A stretch of 64,000 nucleotides of DNA from Candidatus Omnitrophota bacterium (GTDB lineage: Bacteria; Omnitrophota; Gorgyraeia; Gygaellales; Profunditerraquicolaceae), in assembly GCA_042577285.1 (NCBI GenBank), contig JBHPDM010000001.1, positions 16,665 through 80,664 of the forward strand. Reading direction: 5' to 3'. Made by a program: the position numbers and the translations under genes. The notes beneath the pieces are model-generated. The model was not told the DNA's origin. It worked only from the letters and a program-made list of their open reading frames with translations, and ran no database searches. Positions 1-9,413 of the stretch are shown here, in pieces. Position 1 is the first letter of the stretch; each line of letters starts with the position of its first letter.

Positions 1-360
1 CAGATCGATATCGCGCCGCTGATAGATATAATCTTCCAGCTGCTGATATTCTTTATGCTTACTTCCAGTTTTATCATGCAGCCGGGGATAAAGGTGAGGC
101 TCCCCAAGGCGGTGACCAGCGAGGTAGTAAGGTCCGAGAATATTGAGATCATCGTTTCGGGGGAGAATATCACCTATTTTAACGGCAAGGTAGTCACGAT
201 CGTGGAGCTGAAGAAACTCTTCAAACAGGCTTCAGGCAGGGATCAGCCCGTGCTGATAAAGGCGGATAAACGCGCCTCATTGGGAAGGGTGGTTGAGATC
301 TGGGATATGGCTAGGGATCTGGGGATCTCCGGAGTGAATATCGCCACTAATCAGGAGTAA
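1..360 (+). CDS. exbD: ExbD/TolR family biopolymer transport protein (5' end outside window)
   Basis: The reading frame is open from base 1. QIDIAPLIDIIFQLLIFFML matches the ExbD N-terminal TM segment (…INVTPLVDVMLVLLIIFMV…). The periplasmic domain matches the ExbD fold. A TonB-like gene follows directly. Confidence 0.8.
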   Translation, partial: QIDIAPLIDIIFQLLIFFMLTSSFIMQPGIKVRLPKAVTSEVVRSENIEIIVSGENITYFNGKVVTIVELKKLFKQASGRDQPVLIKADKRASLGRVVEIWDMARDLGISGVNIATNQE

Positions 361-361
361 G

Positions 362-991
362 ATGGGGCCTGCCTATAAAAGGACGATACTTATTTCTTTA
401 GCGGGCCACTTAGCGATGTTCGGCCTGCTGGGTTTTAGCTTTGGCGCGAAGGTCCCTTTTGCCGGAAATACTGATATGCGCTTTATCGGGCAGATCCTGA
501 CGAGCCAGGACCTTATCGCGCGCAAGAGCTTCTCCCCAAGCTATATCGGCGGGGATTACTTAAAAGGGAGGATCAGCCAGCAGATAGGCAGGATCAATAA
601 GGAGAAGCATCCGGTTTCCGATAAGCGCCTTAAGCCCGCAGCAGGCTTTTCTTTAGTCAGCGAGAAGCAGGTTTTCATTCCTTGGTCTGAAGCCCTAAAT
701 ATAAAGAGGACCCGTCAGGACTCCAGGGTGGTACTTCACCCGGAGCTTCCATATCACTTTCTGCTTTATTTCAGGGATAGGGAAAGCGTACACATCCAGC
801 TTGAATTCAAGGCGATCTCACCTGAGCGGACCGATCATCCGGTGATCAGGAGGAAGATCTCATCAGGCAGCCTGGAGGCGGATCTTCTGGCGATGCGCTA
901 CATCGGCCACTATCTTTCTACGCAGGGCAGGAAGATCCCGGTGGATGAGTGGCAGGTGGTCAAGATCGACCTGTCGGCCAATAATGATTAA
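362..991 (+). CDS. tonB: TonB family protein (N-terminal TM anchor, C-terminal TonB domain)
   Basis: N-terminal TM helix (ILISLAGHLAMFGLLGF). C-terminal VHIQLEFKAISPERTDHPVIRRKISSGSLEADLLAMRYI resembles the TonB C-terminal domain. Lies directly downstream of exbD. Confidence 0.6.
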   Translation: MGPAYKRTILISLAGHLAMFGLLGFSFGAKVPFAGNTDMRFIGQILTSQDLIARKSFSPSYIGGDYLKGRISQQIGRINKEKHPVSDKRLKPAAGFSLVSEKQVFIPWSEALNIKRTRQDSRVVLHPELPYHFLLYFRDRESVHIQLEFKAISPERTDHPVIRRKISSGSLEADLLAMRYIGHYLSTQGRKIPVDEWQVVKIDLSANND

Positions 992-1223
992 GCTGGACTT
1001 CGCGATCGCTATATCATTATTCTTTTTTCTATTTCTGGTGATCATACTTCTCGTCTGGCTGTTTGCCAAGAAGCAGAAATCAAAGGACCTCTCCCTGGAT
1101 CCCCGCTTTATCTGGCATTGCGCAGTCTGCACCTATACCTATATTAATACTAAAGAAGAGAAGTTCTCTACCTGTCCAAGGTGCGCAAGTTATAATAAGA
1201 GGTCCCTCGCGGCCGACAAGTAA
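984..1223 (+). CDS. small membrane protein with C-terminal zinc-ribbon (CxxC..CxxC)
   Basis: ATG at 984 gives MIKLDFAIAISLFFFLFLVIILLVWLFA (TM helix). The C-terminus has CAVC…CPRC. Overlaps the tonB 3' end by 8 nt. The ORF-track start at 945 is probably too long. Confidence 0.45.
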   Translation: MIKLDFAIAISLFFFLFLVIILLVWLFAKKQKSKDLSLDPRFIWHCAVCTYTYINTKEEKFSTCPRCASYNKRSLAADK

Positions 1224-1255
1224 CAGCGTGCTGCTCGGGATTATAGAATTAAGCA

Positions 1256-1284
1256 TTGACCTTAAGTAGTTTTTGGATTAGAAT
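1256..1284 (+). promoter_or_regulatory. sigma70-like promoter TTGACC-17-TAGAAT upstream of the winged-helix gene
   Basis: TTGACC at 1256..1261, a 17-bp spacer, TAGAAT at 1279..1284. An AGGAGG RBS at 1291..1296 sits 5 nt before the ATG at 1302. Confidence 0.5.
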
Positions 1285-1301
1285 TAAAGCAGGAGGTAGA
1301 T

Positions 1302-1508
1302 ATGATAACCGAAATCGGGATAGTCGCAGGCGATATCTGGCACTACCTGGATGAGCATGGAACCGTGCAGTTTTCCCAGCTCGTTAAAGGGATCAATAAG
1401 CCGCGCGATAATCTGCTGATGAGCCTGGGATGGCTGGCCCGCGAGGGCCACGTTTCAGTGGGTCAGGTAGGAGAGGACTATAAGGTCAGCTTGCGCAAGA
1501 ATGCCTAA
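1302..1508 (+). CDS. small winged-helix domain protein
   Basis: 68 aa with a strong RBS. The sequence pattern matches bacterial winged-helix family small proteins. Confidence 0.55.
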   Translation: MITEIGIVAGDIWHYLDEHGTVQFSQLVKGINKPRDNLLMSLGWLAREGHVSVGQVGEDYKVSLRKNA

Positions 1509-1848
1509 GAACCGCCTAGACAATAGGGGAGTAGTTCTTCTGATGGTTCTGGGAACGGTGCTGGTAGTGACGATACTGGCTAACGTGATCATGGGGATAA
1601 TGTTGAGCCAATCCCGCTTTACACACCACAAAGTCAGCCGCATCCAGGCATATTATGCGGCTCTTGCCGGAGCGAACTTCGCGATTGAAAACCTGAGGAC
1701 CGGCAATTGGAATCAGCCGGGGACCTTCCCCCTGAACGATCCCGATATCCCCTTCAGTAACACTACTACTATAGTGGTTACCCCCGCTCCTCCCGGAGTC
1801 AATGCAGATTACCAGATATCAGTCACTACAGATTATACCCTCCAGTAA
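1501..1848 (+). CDS. PilX N-terminal domain protein (type IV pilus minor pilin/assembly)
   Basis: MPKNRLDNRGVVLLMVLGTVLVVTILANVIMGIML matches the PilX_N motif (RG-x-ALL-x-ALM…). Sits at the head of the T4P locus. Contains an N-T-T sequon. Confidence 0.55.
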   Translation: MPKNRLDNRGVVLLMVLGTVLVVTILANVIMGIMLSQSRFTHHKVSRIQAYYAALAGANFAIENLRTGNWNQPGTFPLNDPDIPFSNTTTIVVTPAPPGVNADYQISVTTDYTLQ

Positions 1849-1937
1849 TTTCTACTTCATCTATATAATCAGATAAACTCAGGCCGCATTAGGCCTTTTC
1901 CTTAAGTAAGTATAAGTAAGCTTAGGTAAATATTTAC

Positions 1938-1966
1938 TTGACAAAGTAAGAATTTTATGGTTTAAT
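1938..1966 (+). promoter_or_regulatory. sigma70-like promoter TTGACA-17-TTTAAT in AT-rich intergenic region
   Basis: TTGACA at 1938..1943, a 17-bp spacer, TTTAAT at 1961..1966. A weak hairpin terminator (AGGCC-GCATTA-GGCCT + Ts) lies at 1881..1899 just upstream. Confidence 0.45.
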
Positions 1967-2014
1967 TTAAAAGGATATGAAATATGATAAAATTTAATAA
2001 AGACGGGATTTAAT

Positions 2015-2203
2015 ATGGTTAGATTGATGGATATCGATGAGCTTGCGGATTACCTGCGCCTGCAGAAGCAGACCCTTTATAACTGGCTGCACCAGGGTAA
2101 GATATCAGGGATCAAGTTGGGCGGGGTATGGAGATTTGACCGTAAGGACATCGATAGCTGGCTGAAGAGCAGAAGGCGTTTATCTAAGCGCGGAGATAGC
2201 TGA
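2015..2203 (+). CDS. excisionase-family helix-turn-helix DNA-binding protein
   Basis: 62 aa. …LYNWLHQGKISGIKLGGVWRFDRKDIDSWL is the HTH_17 / excisionase-type HTH pattern. Its stop overlaps the pilM start (ATGA). Confidence 0.65.
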   Translation: MVRLMDIDELADYLRLQKQTLYNWLHQGKISGIKLGGVWRFDRKDIDSWLKSRRRLSKRGDS

Positions 2204-3768
2204 TGAGTTCACTTGGCATATATTTCGGGCCGAAGGTGATCGGCATAACCGAGACTAAGGGCAAGAAGGTGGCGCAGAATGCCAAGATCCCGGTTTCTGT
2301 GCTTTCCCCTGGAGAATTAGAGGAGAAGGTCCCAGACGACGTAAAGATGGTCGCCTTGATCAAGGAGGAATTAAGGAAGCACGTAATCGAGGCAAAGGAT
2401 GCTTCGATATCACTTTCCGGCAAGGATCTGGTGGTGAGGACATTTGAGATGCCGGCTTTACCTCCCAGCGAGCTGGCTAATGCGGTTAACTTCGAAGCCA
2501 GAAAGTATATCCCCTTTAAGACTGAGGACTTGATCACGGATTTCCACTTTAAGACTGACAAGAAGGCACGCAGGCATCTGGTTCTATTTGCCGGGATAAA
2601 GAGGGATGTGTTGCAGAAATATTCTTCGGTCATAAGTCAGCTGGGGATAAAAGTCAATAATCTGGAGTATTCGGGGTTTTCTTTATTGAGGTTTCTGAAA
2701 TCCACAGGGCTCGGGCTTAAGGGGGTCAGCTGTCTGGTATGCATTGACGGCGAAGAGGAAGATGAGGGGATCGTTATGGTCTTGGAGGACGGCTTCCCGT
2801 TGTTTACCCGTGATATTTCCCTTTCCGGGGGAGGCGCTGCATACTCTGGGGCTCAGCCTGCCGCAGTAAAGGATGGAGCAGCGGACACTGAAAAGCTGAA
2901 ATCTGAGATCAGGATTTCACTGGATTATTTTCACCGGAAATTTACGGCAAAGAAGATCGCTAAGGTCTATTTTGTCTCTCCCGGGGAGCGCAGAGCCGAC
3001 CTGGAGAGTTTTGCCGCTGAGGCAGGATTAAGCGCGCAGTTTATAGATGTTGCTAAGTATACAGGTAAGGAAGCGCCCTTTTCTTTAAGTTTTGTCAAGA
3101 GCTACGGAGCGGCTGTGTTTAATAAGGTAAATACCGGCCTAAGGGTGAAATTTACAATCACCAGGATAAAAGAGAGGCCCCCTCAAAATAAGGGACTTAA
3201 CCTTGAGCTTAAGGAAATAGCATCCTTGTTATCCGGTGTAAGGATCAATGTAAAGAGCGTGATCCTTGGGCTGTTGATCTGCCTGGCAGTTTTCGGGATC
3301 GGTATCTACAGGATGCTCCCGCTGCGTAAGGAATTAGAGGCGATCAAGGCGAGAGAGACGCAGGCTGCAGGAGTTAACGCACAAAGCAGCAACCAGGTGT
3401 TGACGGGTGTGGCTGATACCTATAGGAAGAAAGTAAGCACAATGGATAAGCTGGTCAAGGAGCAGCTTTATCTGACTGAGGTGCTTGATGCGATTCCCCG
3501 CCTTGTCCGGGAGGGGATGTGGCTGGTTGATTTCTCCTTCGAGAAGCAGGGTGAAGGCGCTGTGCTTATCTTGGGAGGAGTAGTTGACCTTAGCGACAGT
3601 AATCGGGAGTTTGATTCCGTGAATGAGTTCTTGTCTAAACTTAAGCAATCCCCTGTTTTTATAAAGTATTTTGCTGAGATCAAGATCATTTCTTCAGAGG
3701 TCAGTCAGATCGAGCAGGAGGCGATTACCCGCTTTGTGATCTCCTGCCGCAGCAAAAAAGGAAGCTAG
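2203..3768 (+). CDS. pilMN: type IV pilus assembly protein PilM fused to PilN
   Basis: 521 aa. The N-terminal ~330 aa are an actin-like ATPase PilM (GIYFGPKVIGITE…). A single TM follows (VILGLLICLAVFGIGIY) and then a PilN-like periplasmic coiled-coil region. Gene order is pilM(N)-O-P-Q. Confidence 0.75.
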   Translation: MSSLGIYFGPKVIGITETKGKKVAQNAKIPVSVLSPGELEEKVPDDVKMVALIKEELRKHVIEAKDASISLSGKDLVVRTFEMPALPPSELANAVNFEARKYIPFKTEDLITDFHFKTDKKARRHLVLFAGIKRDVLQKYSSVISQLGIKVNNLEYSGFSLLRFLKSTGLGLKGVSCLVCIDGEEEDEGIVMVLEDGFPLFTRDISLSGGGAAYSGAQPAAVKDGAADTEKLKSEIRISLDYFHRKFTAKKIAKVYFVSPGERRADLESFAAEAGLSAQFIDVAKYTGKEAPFSLSFVKSYGAAVFNKVNTGLRVKFTITRIKERPPQNKGLNLELKEIASLLSGVRINVKSVILGLLICLAVFGIGIYRMLPLRKELEAIKARETQAAGVNAQSSNQVLTGVADTYRKKVSTMDKLVKEQLYLTEVLDAIPRLVREGMWLVDFSFEKQGEGAVLILGGVVDLSDSNREFDSVNEFLSKLKQSPVFIKYFAEIKIISSEVSQIEQEAITRFVISCRSKKGS

Positions 3769-3769
3769 G

Positions 3770-4285
3770 ATGGATATAATAGGGTTGATAAATAATCATA
3801 AAAATAAACTCTTGAGCCTTACGGTAGTGGTAGTGGCGCTTGCGGCAGCAGCCTATATCTATAAATTTCAAGGGGGGAGCTTGGAATCCCTGCGCGCACA
3901 AAAGAATGCGCAGATCAGGAAGAATCAGATCCTCAGTGAAATCGAGAAGCTGCAAGCGTCATTGGCGGTGTATCAAGATGCGCTCAAAAAGAAGGATATC
4001 TCGGTATTCATGAATAACATTAATAATATCGTAAAGGAATCAAATGTTAGTATCGCCTCGATCAAACCGCTTAAGGAGAAGGACCGGGGGGTCTACGTGG
4101 AGTTTTTCTTTGCTCTTAGCGTGACGGCACGGGATTATCATCAGCTGGCGAAGTTTATCAGTGAGATCGAGAATTATTCGGATATTTTTATCGTTGACAG
4201 TATGAAGATAAGTCAGAAAGGAATAGTTCGCGGCGAAGGGACTAAGGCAGATTTAGTGATCAGTACGTTATTCTTTAAGGGGTAG
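3770..4285 (+). CDS. pilO: type IV pilus assembly protein PilO
   Basis: 171 aa with an N-terminal TM and a coiled-coil. Its position between pilN and pilP and its size fit PilO. Confidence 0.6.
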   Translation: MDIIGLINNHKNKLLSLTVVVVALAAAAYIYKFQGGSLESLRAQKNAQIRKNQILSEIEKLQASLAVYQDALKKKDISVFMNNINNIVKESNVSIASIKPLKEKDRGVYVEFFFALSVTARDYHQLAKFISEIENYSDIFIVDSMKISQKGIVRGEGTKADLVISTLFFKG

Positions 4286-4291
4286 GAAGAA

Positions 4292-4765
4292 ATGATAAGG
4301 GCAAACTCAAAACGTTATAATTTAGTTAATCTAGCCGGCGCAGCAGTAATACTGTTTTTTTTCGCTGATCTCAGCGCCCAGGATGCGCCTGAGCCAGGTA
4401 TTTCAAGGCCAAAGGTGCAATATGCCGCATCGGCTCTGCGTGATCCTTTTTCTGAGTATAAAAGTGAAGAGCCTGTTGCCCTGGAGGATAAGCAGAAGAA
4501 AGAAGCAGCCACCCCTCCGTCATTGACGGTCCAGGGGATAATCTGGGGCGGAAAATTTCCGCAGGCGATCATCAATGACAGGGCAGTGAAGGAGGGGGAT
4601 TCTTTGGAGGGTGCGCGGATCGTGCGGATCGAGAAGCAAGGGGTCAACATCCTTTACTATGGTACGCTTTATACGCTATCTTCACCGGCAAAAATGACTC
4701 TTGATGAATTAGAGGGTAATGAGGAAGATTGCCCTGAATGCAAAAAACGGAGGCAAAGACGATGA
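4292..4765 (+). CDS. pilP: PilP-like pilus assembly lipoprotein
   Basis: 157 aa with a signal peptide. Lies immediately upstream of the secretin and overlaps the pilQ start by 4 nt. Confidence 0.45.
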   Translation: MIRANSKRYNLVNLAGAAVILFFFADLSAQDAPEPGISRPKVQYAASALRDPFSEYKSEEPVALEDKQKKEAATPPSLTVQGIIWGGKFPQAIINDRAVKEGDSLEGARIVRIEKQGVNILYYGTLYTLSSPAKMTLDELEGNEEDCPECKKRRQRR

Positions 4766-6330
4766 TTAGAAAATTCAGAATAACAGTATTGATCGCATTA
4801 TTTTTGTTTTACCTTTTTGCTCCAAATCTCTCCGCGCAGCTGCCGTTCTTTGATCCCGGGGTTTTGATCTCGATGGATTTTAAGGACGCAAGCGTCAAGG
4901 ATATCCTGAAGGTGATCTCTATGCAGTCGGGATTAAACTTTATCGCTTCCGAATCTGTCCAAGACAGGAAGATCTCCCTGTATCTGGATAAGGTAAGCAT
5001 AAAAGAGGCGATGGGGAAGCTCTTTAAGGCGAATAACCTCACATATGAGCTGGATCAGGATTCTGGGATATTCCTGGTCACGGACTGGGGGACGATGGAG
5101 CTGCAGACAGTTACCAGGGTCTTTTACTTGAAGCACGCTTCGGTTGCCTCCTCTTCGTTAAAAGAGGAGATGGGGTATCAGATCAGGGGTGATCCCAGCT
5201 CGAGTTCAACCGGTTCTGAATTCGGGAAATGGTCTGCTGCGGTGGAGTCCGGGATCTCCAACGTCGTAGAGAAGTTGTTGTCCAGTCATGGCTCTTTGAT
5301 CGAGGACTACAGGACTAACAGTCTGATCGTCACCGATCTTCCCAGCCGGATGCCGGTGATCGCCCAGACTATAGCATCGCTTGACATATCTATACCTCAG
5401 ATCTTGCTTGAGGTAGAGATGCTTGATGTGAGCAAGAATGTCGTGGATCAGCTGGGAGTCGACTGGCCGTCGACCTTAGCAAACCTGACAATAAGCGGGA
5501 CAAGAGAAACCAGGTTTCCTTTTGGTGGTGTTTCGGGTTCCGGAAGAACCATCGATCCAGAAGCGGGAGTATTTGGTACTACCAGTGGAGGAGCTGAATG
5601 GGATTTCGGAGCGTGGGATGCAACACGGTTCGGGCCATCAATATTAACGGTGATCGGCGCGACTTTGGCCTTTGATTTCCTGAGTACCCAGACTGACACC
5701 AAGTACCTTGCCCGGCCCAGGCTGATGACTTTAAATAATGAGACCGCAGAGATAAGGATCGTAACCCAGGAATCGGTTGGGGTGACAACGGTCAGCGATT
5801 CAAATGCGGGTACTACTTCAGCTGAACCGGAGAGGGTGGAGACAGGGGTTCTTCTGAGGGTGACTCCTCAGGTGAACATGGAAACACGCGAGATCACTAT
5901 GTTTATCTATCCTCAGGTCAGCGAGGCGACTACAGGCAATATCATGACGGTTGGTGGAGCAAGCTATCAATACCGGGATCCTGAGGTACGTAGCACCAAA
6001 ACTATGGTCAGGATCAAGGATGGTGAGACTGTAGTTATCGGCGGGTTGATACGTAACGAGGTTTCAGAGGTTGAAGAGAAGATCCCTATTTTGGGGGATC
6101 TTCCGATTATCGGCGCTTTATTCAGGCATAAAGGCAGCACCAGCGATAAGGATAAAGAGCGCGAATTAGTGGTATTTATTACTCCGCGGATCATTGATGA
6201 CGGGAAGATGGAGCTGGCGCAGGCTGCGCCAGCCAGTCTGGCTGAGCGGGAGCAGGGCTCGTCATCAGGTGCAGGGCGGCAGGCAGCAATAGAGGGCGTG
6301 CTTAATAGATATGAAAAGAGAAAAAAATAA
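4762..6330 (+). CDS. pilQ: type IV pilus secretin PilQ (GspD/PilQ family)
   Basis: Signal peptide present. The secretin C-domain carries VRIKDGETVVIGGLI…IPILGDLPIIGALFR…ELVVFITPRII. GGAGG RBS before the ATG at 4762. Confidence 0.9.
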   Translation: MIRKFRITVLIALFLFYLFAPNLSAQLPFFDPGVLISMDFKDASVKDILKVISMQSGLNFIASESVQDRKISLYLDKVSIKEAMGKLFKANNLTYELDQDSGIFLVTDWGTMELQTVTRVFYLKHASVASSSLKEEMGYQIRGDPSSSSTGSEFGKWSAAVESGISNVVEKLLSSHGSLIEDYRTNSLIVTDLPSRMPVIAQTIASLDISIPQILLEVEMLDVSKNVVDQLGVDWPSTLANLTISGTRETRFPFGGVSGSGRTIDPEAGVFGTTSGGAEWDFGAWDATRFGPSILTVIGATLAFDFLSTQTDTKYLARPRLMTLNNETAEIRIVTQESVGVTTVSDSNAGTTSAEPERVETGVLLRVTPQVNMETREITMFIYPQVSEATTGNIMTVGGASYQYRDPEVRSTKTMVRIKDGETVVIGGLIRNEVSEVEEKIPILGDLPIIGALFRHKGSTSDKDKERELVVFITPRIIDDGKMELAQAAPASLAEREQGSSSGAGRQAAIEGVLNRYEKRKK

Positions 6331-8045
6331 TGCCAAAAGATAAATATTTAAGACTTGGGGAGCTTTTGATCAAGGAGGGGCTTTTGACCGAGGCCCAGCT
6401 GGAGGAAGCGATCGGCACCCAGAGGCGCGAGGGCGGACGCTTAGGGGGGGTCCTGGTCAAGTTGAAGATGGTCACTGAGGATCAGATGGTCAAGACGCTG
6501 GGGAAGCAGTTAGGAATTTCTTATTTTTCACTCGGCACCGGGATGCTCAAACCGGCTCAAGACCAGGAATTGGAGCAGTTGATCCCTAAGGACTTTGCGC
6601 TTAAGAATCTGGTGCTTCCTTTATCGCGCACCCTTAAGTCGCTTACCGTGGCTATGGCTGATCCACTTGACCTTATCCTGATAGATAACATGAAGAAGCT
6701 TACCGGATGCGCGATCAATCCGATCATCGCTACAAAGTCTGATATCACTAAGGCGATAGAGAGTTACTACGGCAAGGCAAAGATGTTTGAGGATGCGGTA
6801 GATGCTTCTTACGATACAACAGGTACTGCTTTGCCTAAAAGACCTATTGCCGAGGATGAATTAAGCCTTGATAACCTGATCGCCCGCGCAGAAGAGGCAC
6901 CGGTGGTAAAACTCGTAGACCTTGTGATCAGGCAGGCCATAGATGAACGCGCTACTGATATACACATTGAGCCATTCAAAGATAAGATATCCTTAAGGTA
7001 CCGTATTGACGGAAAACTCTACGAGATACCTCCGCCGGCAAGGCACCTGCATCTTCCGATAGTCTCACGCGTGAAGATCCTGAGTAAACTGGATATCGCA
7101 GAGAAGCGCCTTCCTCAGGATGGCGCTTTTGTCGTAAAGATAGAGGAGCGGCATATTGATATCCGCGTCTCTACGATCCCTACGATCTACGGAGAAAAAG
7201 CGGTAATGAGGATCCTCGACCGGAGCATGGTCCCCCTTGACCTGGCCCAACTCGGCTTTGGCCCGAGCCAGATGGAGCTATTGCGGAAAGAGATAAATTC
7301 TCCTTACGGCCTGGTCTTTCTTACCGGTCCGACAGGTTGCGGAAAAACAACTACGCTATACGCTATCCTGAGCGAGATAAAGAGCCCGACAAAAAATATA
7401 ATCACGATCGAAGATCCGGTTGAATATAAGCTGGAGGATGTTAACCAGGTGCAGGCAAAGGCGGATATCGGGCTTAATTTTTCCACTGCATTGCGCAGTT
7501 TCTTAAGGCAGGACCCGGATGTTATCCTGGTCGGTGAGGTAAGAGACTTAGAGACAGCGGAGATCTGTGTACGCGCGGCATTAACCGGCCATTTGGTATT
7601 CAGCACCCTGCACACTAATGATGCTCCTTCGGCAGTGAGCCGTTTGATGGATATAGGGGTTGAGCCCTATCTGATCACCCCATCTTTAATGTGTGTAGTA
7701 GCGCAGAGGCTGGTGCGGAAGCTCTGCCCTGAATGTAAGGAAGCATACGAGCCTTCAGCCAATCAGTTAGGCGGGATAAAACTTAAGTCGGACCTGATCT
7801 ATAAACCCAAGGGGTGCAATAAATGTGGTCAGATCGGTTACCGCGGCCGGGTGAGTATTGCAGAGATAATGGTGATCGATGATAAGTTACGCGATTTGAT
7901 CGGTAGAAAGGCTACTTACCAGGAGATCGGGGAGTTGGCGCGCAAGGGTGGGATGCAGACCCTTTATGATGCGGGGATAAAGAAGGTCGAGGCAGGAATT
8001 ACCAGCCTGGAAGAGATCCTTTCGGCTACTCTGGGGACGAGATAG
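6330..8045 (+). CDS. pilB: type IV pilus assembly ATPase PilB (GspE family)
   Basis: Has the T2SSE_N domain, Walker A GPTGCGKTT, and a C-terminal tetracysteine motif (CPECK…CNKCG). Confidence 0.9.
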   Translation: MPKDKYLRLGELLIKEGLLTEAQLEEAIGTQRREGGRLGGVLVKLKMVTEDQMVKTLGKQLGISYFSLGTGMLKPAQDQELEQLIPKDFALKNLVLPLSRTLKSLTVAMADPLDLILIDNMKKLTGCAINPIIATKSDITKAIESYYGKAKMFEDAVDASYDTTGTALPKRPIAEDELSLDNLIARAEEAPVVKLVDLVIRQAIDERATDIHIEPFKDKISLRYRIDGKLYEIPPPARHLHLPIVSRVKILSKLDIAEKRLPQDGAFVVKIEERHIDIRVSTIPTIYGEKAVMRILDRSMVPLDLAQLGFGPSQMELLRKEINSPYGLVFLTGPTGCGKTTTLYAILSEIKSPTKNIITIEDPVEYKLEDVNQVQAKADIGLNFSTALRSFLRQDPDVILVGEVRDLETAEICVRAALTGHLVFSTLHTNDAPSAVSRLMDIGVEPYLITPSLMCVVAQRLVRKLCPECKEAYEPSANQLGGIKLKSDLIYKPKGCNKCGQIGYRGRVSIAEIMVIDDKLRDLIGRKATYQEIGELARKGGMQTLYDAGIKKVEAGITSLEEILSATLGTR

Positions 8046-9286
8046 TGCCAAAGTATTTTTATATTGCGCGTGATAATACGGGTAAGAAGGTCACCGCAGC
8101 GCAGGAGGCCTTAAGCGAAGAGGAGCTGGTCAACCGGCTGCAGGCAGATAACCTGATCGTAATAAACATTTTCCCTGAGATCAAGGGAGAAGCAAAGCCC
8201 CCCAAGCCGCAGATCTCTAAAACAATAGAACTTAAGATTCGGCATTACCACGTCTCAAGTAAGGATCTGGTGCTCTTCTGCAGGCAGTTAGCTACTCTGC
8301 TTGGCGCAGGTGTAACGATCCTTAAGGCGCTGAATGTGATATCGCGCCAGATATCCAGCCGCAGGCTATTCAATATTATTAAAAGGCTGCAAGCGGATAT
8401 GGAGGCAGGTTTGAGTCTGCACGAGGCGATGGGAAAACATCCTAAAGTTTTCTCTGAACTCTGGGTGAATTTGATCGAAAGCGGTGAGGCGAGCGGAAAC
8501 CTGGCAACGGTTTTGGCGCGCTTAGCTACCTATCTTGAGAAGAGCGCTTCCTTTAGGGGTAAGGTGATTTCAGCTTTGATCTATCCGGCGCTGCTTATGG
8601 TGGCAGGGTTGGGAGCGCTTTTGTTTCTGACGGTGAAAATCATCCCTACCTTCGCAGAATTATTTGAAAGCTTTAATGCTGAGTTGCCATTTTTAACGCG
8701 TGCTCTCATCGGAGCAAGTAATTTTATCAAGTCATACATACTTATTATTTTTTTAATATCAATAGGAAGTGTATTCTTGATCAAAAGATATATACGCACT
8801 AAGGCAGGCCGCCGTAAATTCGAAAGGTTTAAATTTAGATTACCTGTTTTTGGGGAGTTTTTCCGTAATTTAGTTACTGAAAGGTTCTCCTCTGAGATGT
8901 CCACCCTGGTAGAAAGCGGAGTCCCGCTTCTATATTCTCTGGAAATTGCAGAGCACAGCGTGGATAACCTGGTTATGGCGGATGCGATCAACCGGGTCAA
9001 GGATTCGGTCAGGGAGGGTAAGACCTTGGCCGGTCCGCTTGAAGAGAGCGGCCTCTTTGAGCCGATGGCTATTCAGATGATTACCATTGGGGAAGAAATC
9101 GGTGAGTTGGCTCAGATGTTTAAGCGGATAAGCGCTTTTTACGAGGAGTATGTCGAGACGTTTGTCACACGCTTTACTACGCTCTTTGAACCTTTTATAT
9201 TGATATTTATGGGTATTCTTGTCGGGATTATGGTCATCGGCATGTTTATGCCGATATTCAGTATCGCACAGCTTCGGGGCATATAA
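8045..9286 (+). CDS. pilC: type IV pilus inner-membrane platform protein PilC (GspF family)
   Basis: 413 aa. Two GspF-family repeats and three TM segments. Confidence 0.9.
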   Translation: MPKYFYIARDNTGKKVTAAQEALSEEELVNRLQADNLIVINIFPEIKGEAKPPKPQISKTIELKIRHYHVSSKDLVLFCRQLATLLGAGVTILKALNVISRQISSRRLFNIIKRLQADMEAGLSLHEAMGKHPKVFSELWVNLIESGEASGNLATVLARLATYLEKSASFRGKVISALIYPALLMVAGLGALLFLTVKIIPTFAELFESFNAELPFLTRALIGASNFIKSYILIIFLISIGSVFLIKRYIRTKAGRRKFERFKFRLPVFGEFFRNLVTERFSSEMSTLVESGVPLLYSLEIAEHSVDNLVMADAINRVKDSVREGKTLAGPLEESGLFEPMAIQMITIGEEIGELAQMFKRISAFYEEYVETFVTRFTTLFEPFILIFMGILVGIMVIGMFMPIFSIAQLRGI

Positions 9287-9296
9287 GAGTATCTTA

Positions 9297-9325
9297 TTGA
9301 CAATTATTGTTTTTAAGGTTACAAT
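9297..9325 (+). promoter_or_regulatory. strong sigma70-like promoter TTGACA-17-TACAAT ahead of the pilin genes
   Basis: TTGACA at 9297..9302, a 17-bp spacer, TACAAT at 9320..9325. A ~90-nt leader precedes the pilin ATG at 9414. Confidence 0.6.
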
Positions 9326-9413
9326 TTAAAAAAGGAAAGGAGGGATGCTAATAGACATAAACATAGAAAAGAGCACCCTTTATCATAGAAAAAATATACA
9401 AAAGGAGGTAGAG

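Noticed and set aside
2184-2633. 149-aa minus-strand ORF
   Set aside because: It is antisense to the N-terminal actin-like domain of pilM, and no RBS or promoter is evident.
8581-9000. 139-aa minus-strand ORF
   Set aside because: It is antisense to pilC (GspF family), which is a strong match.
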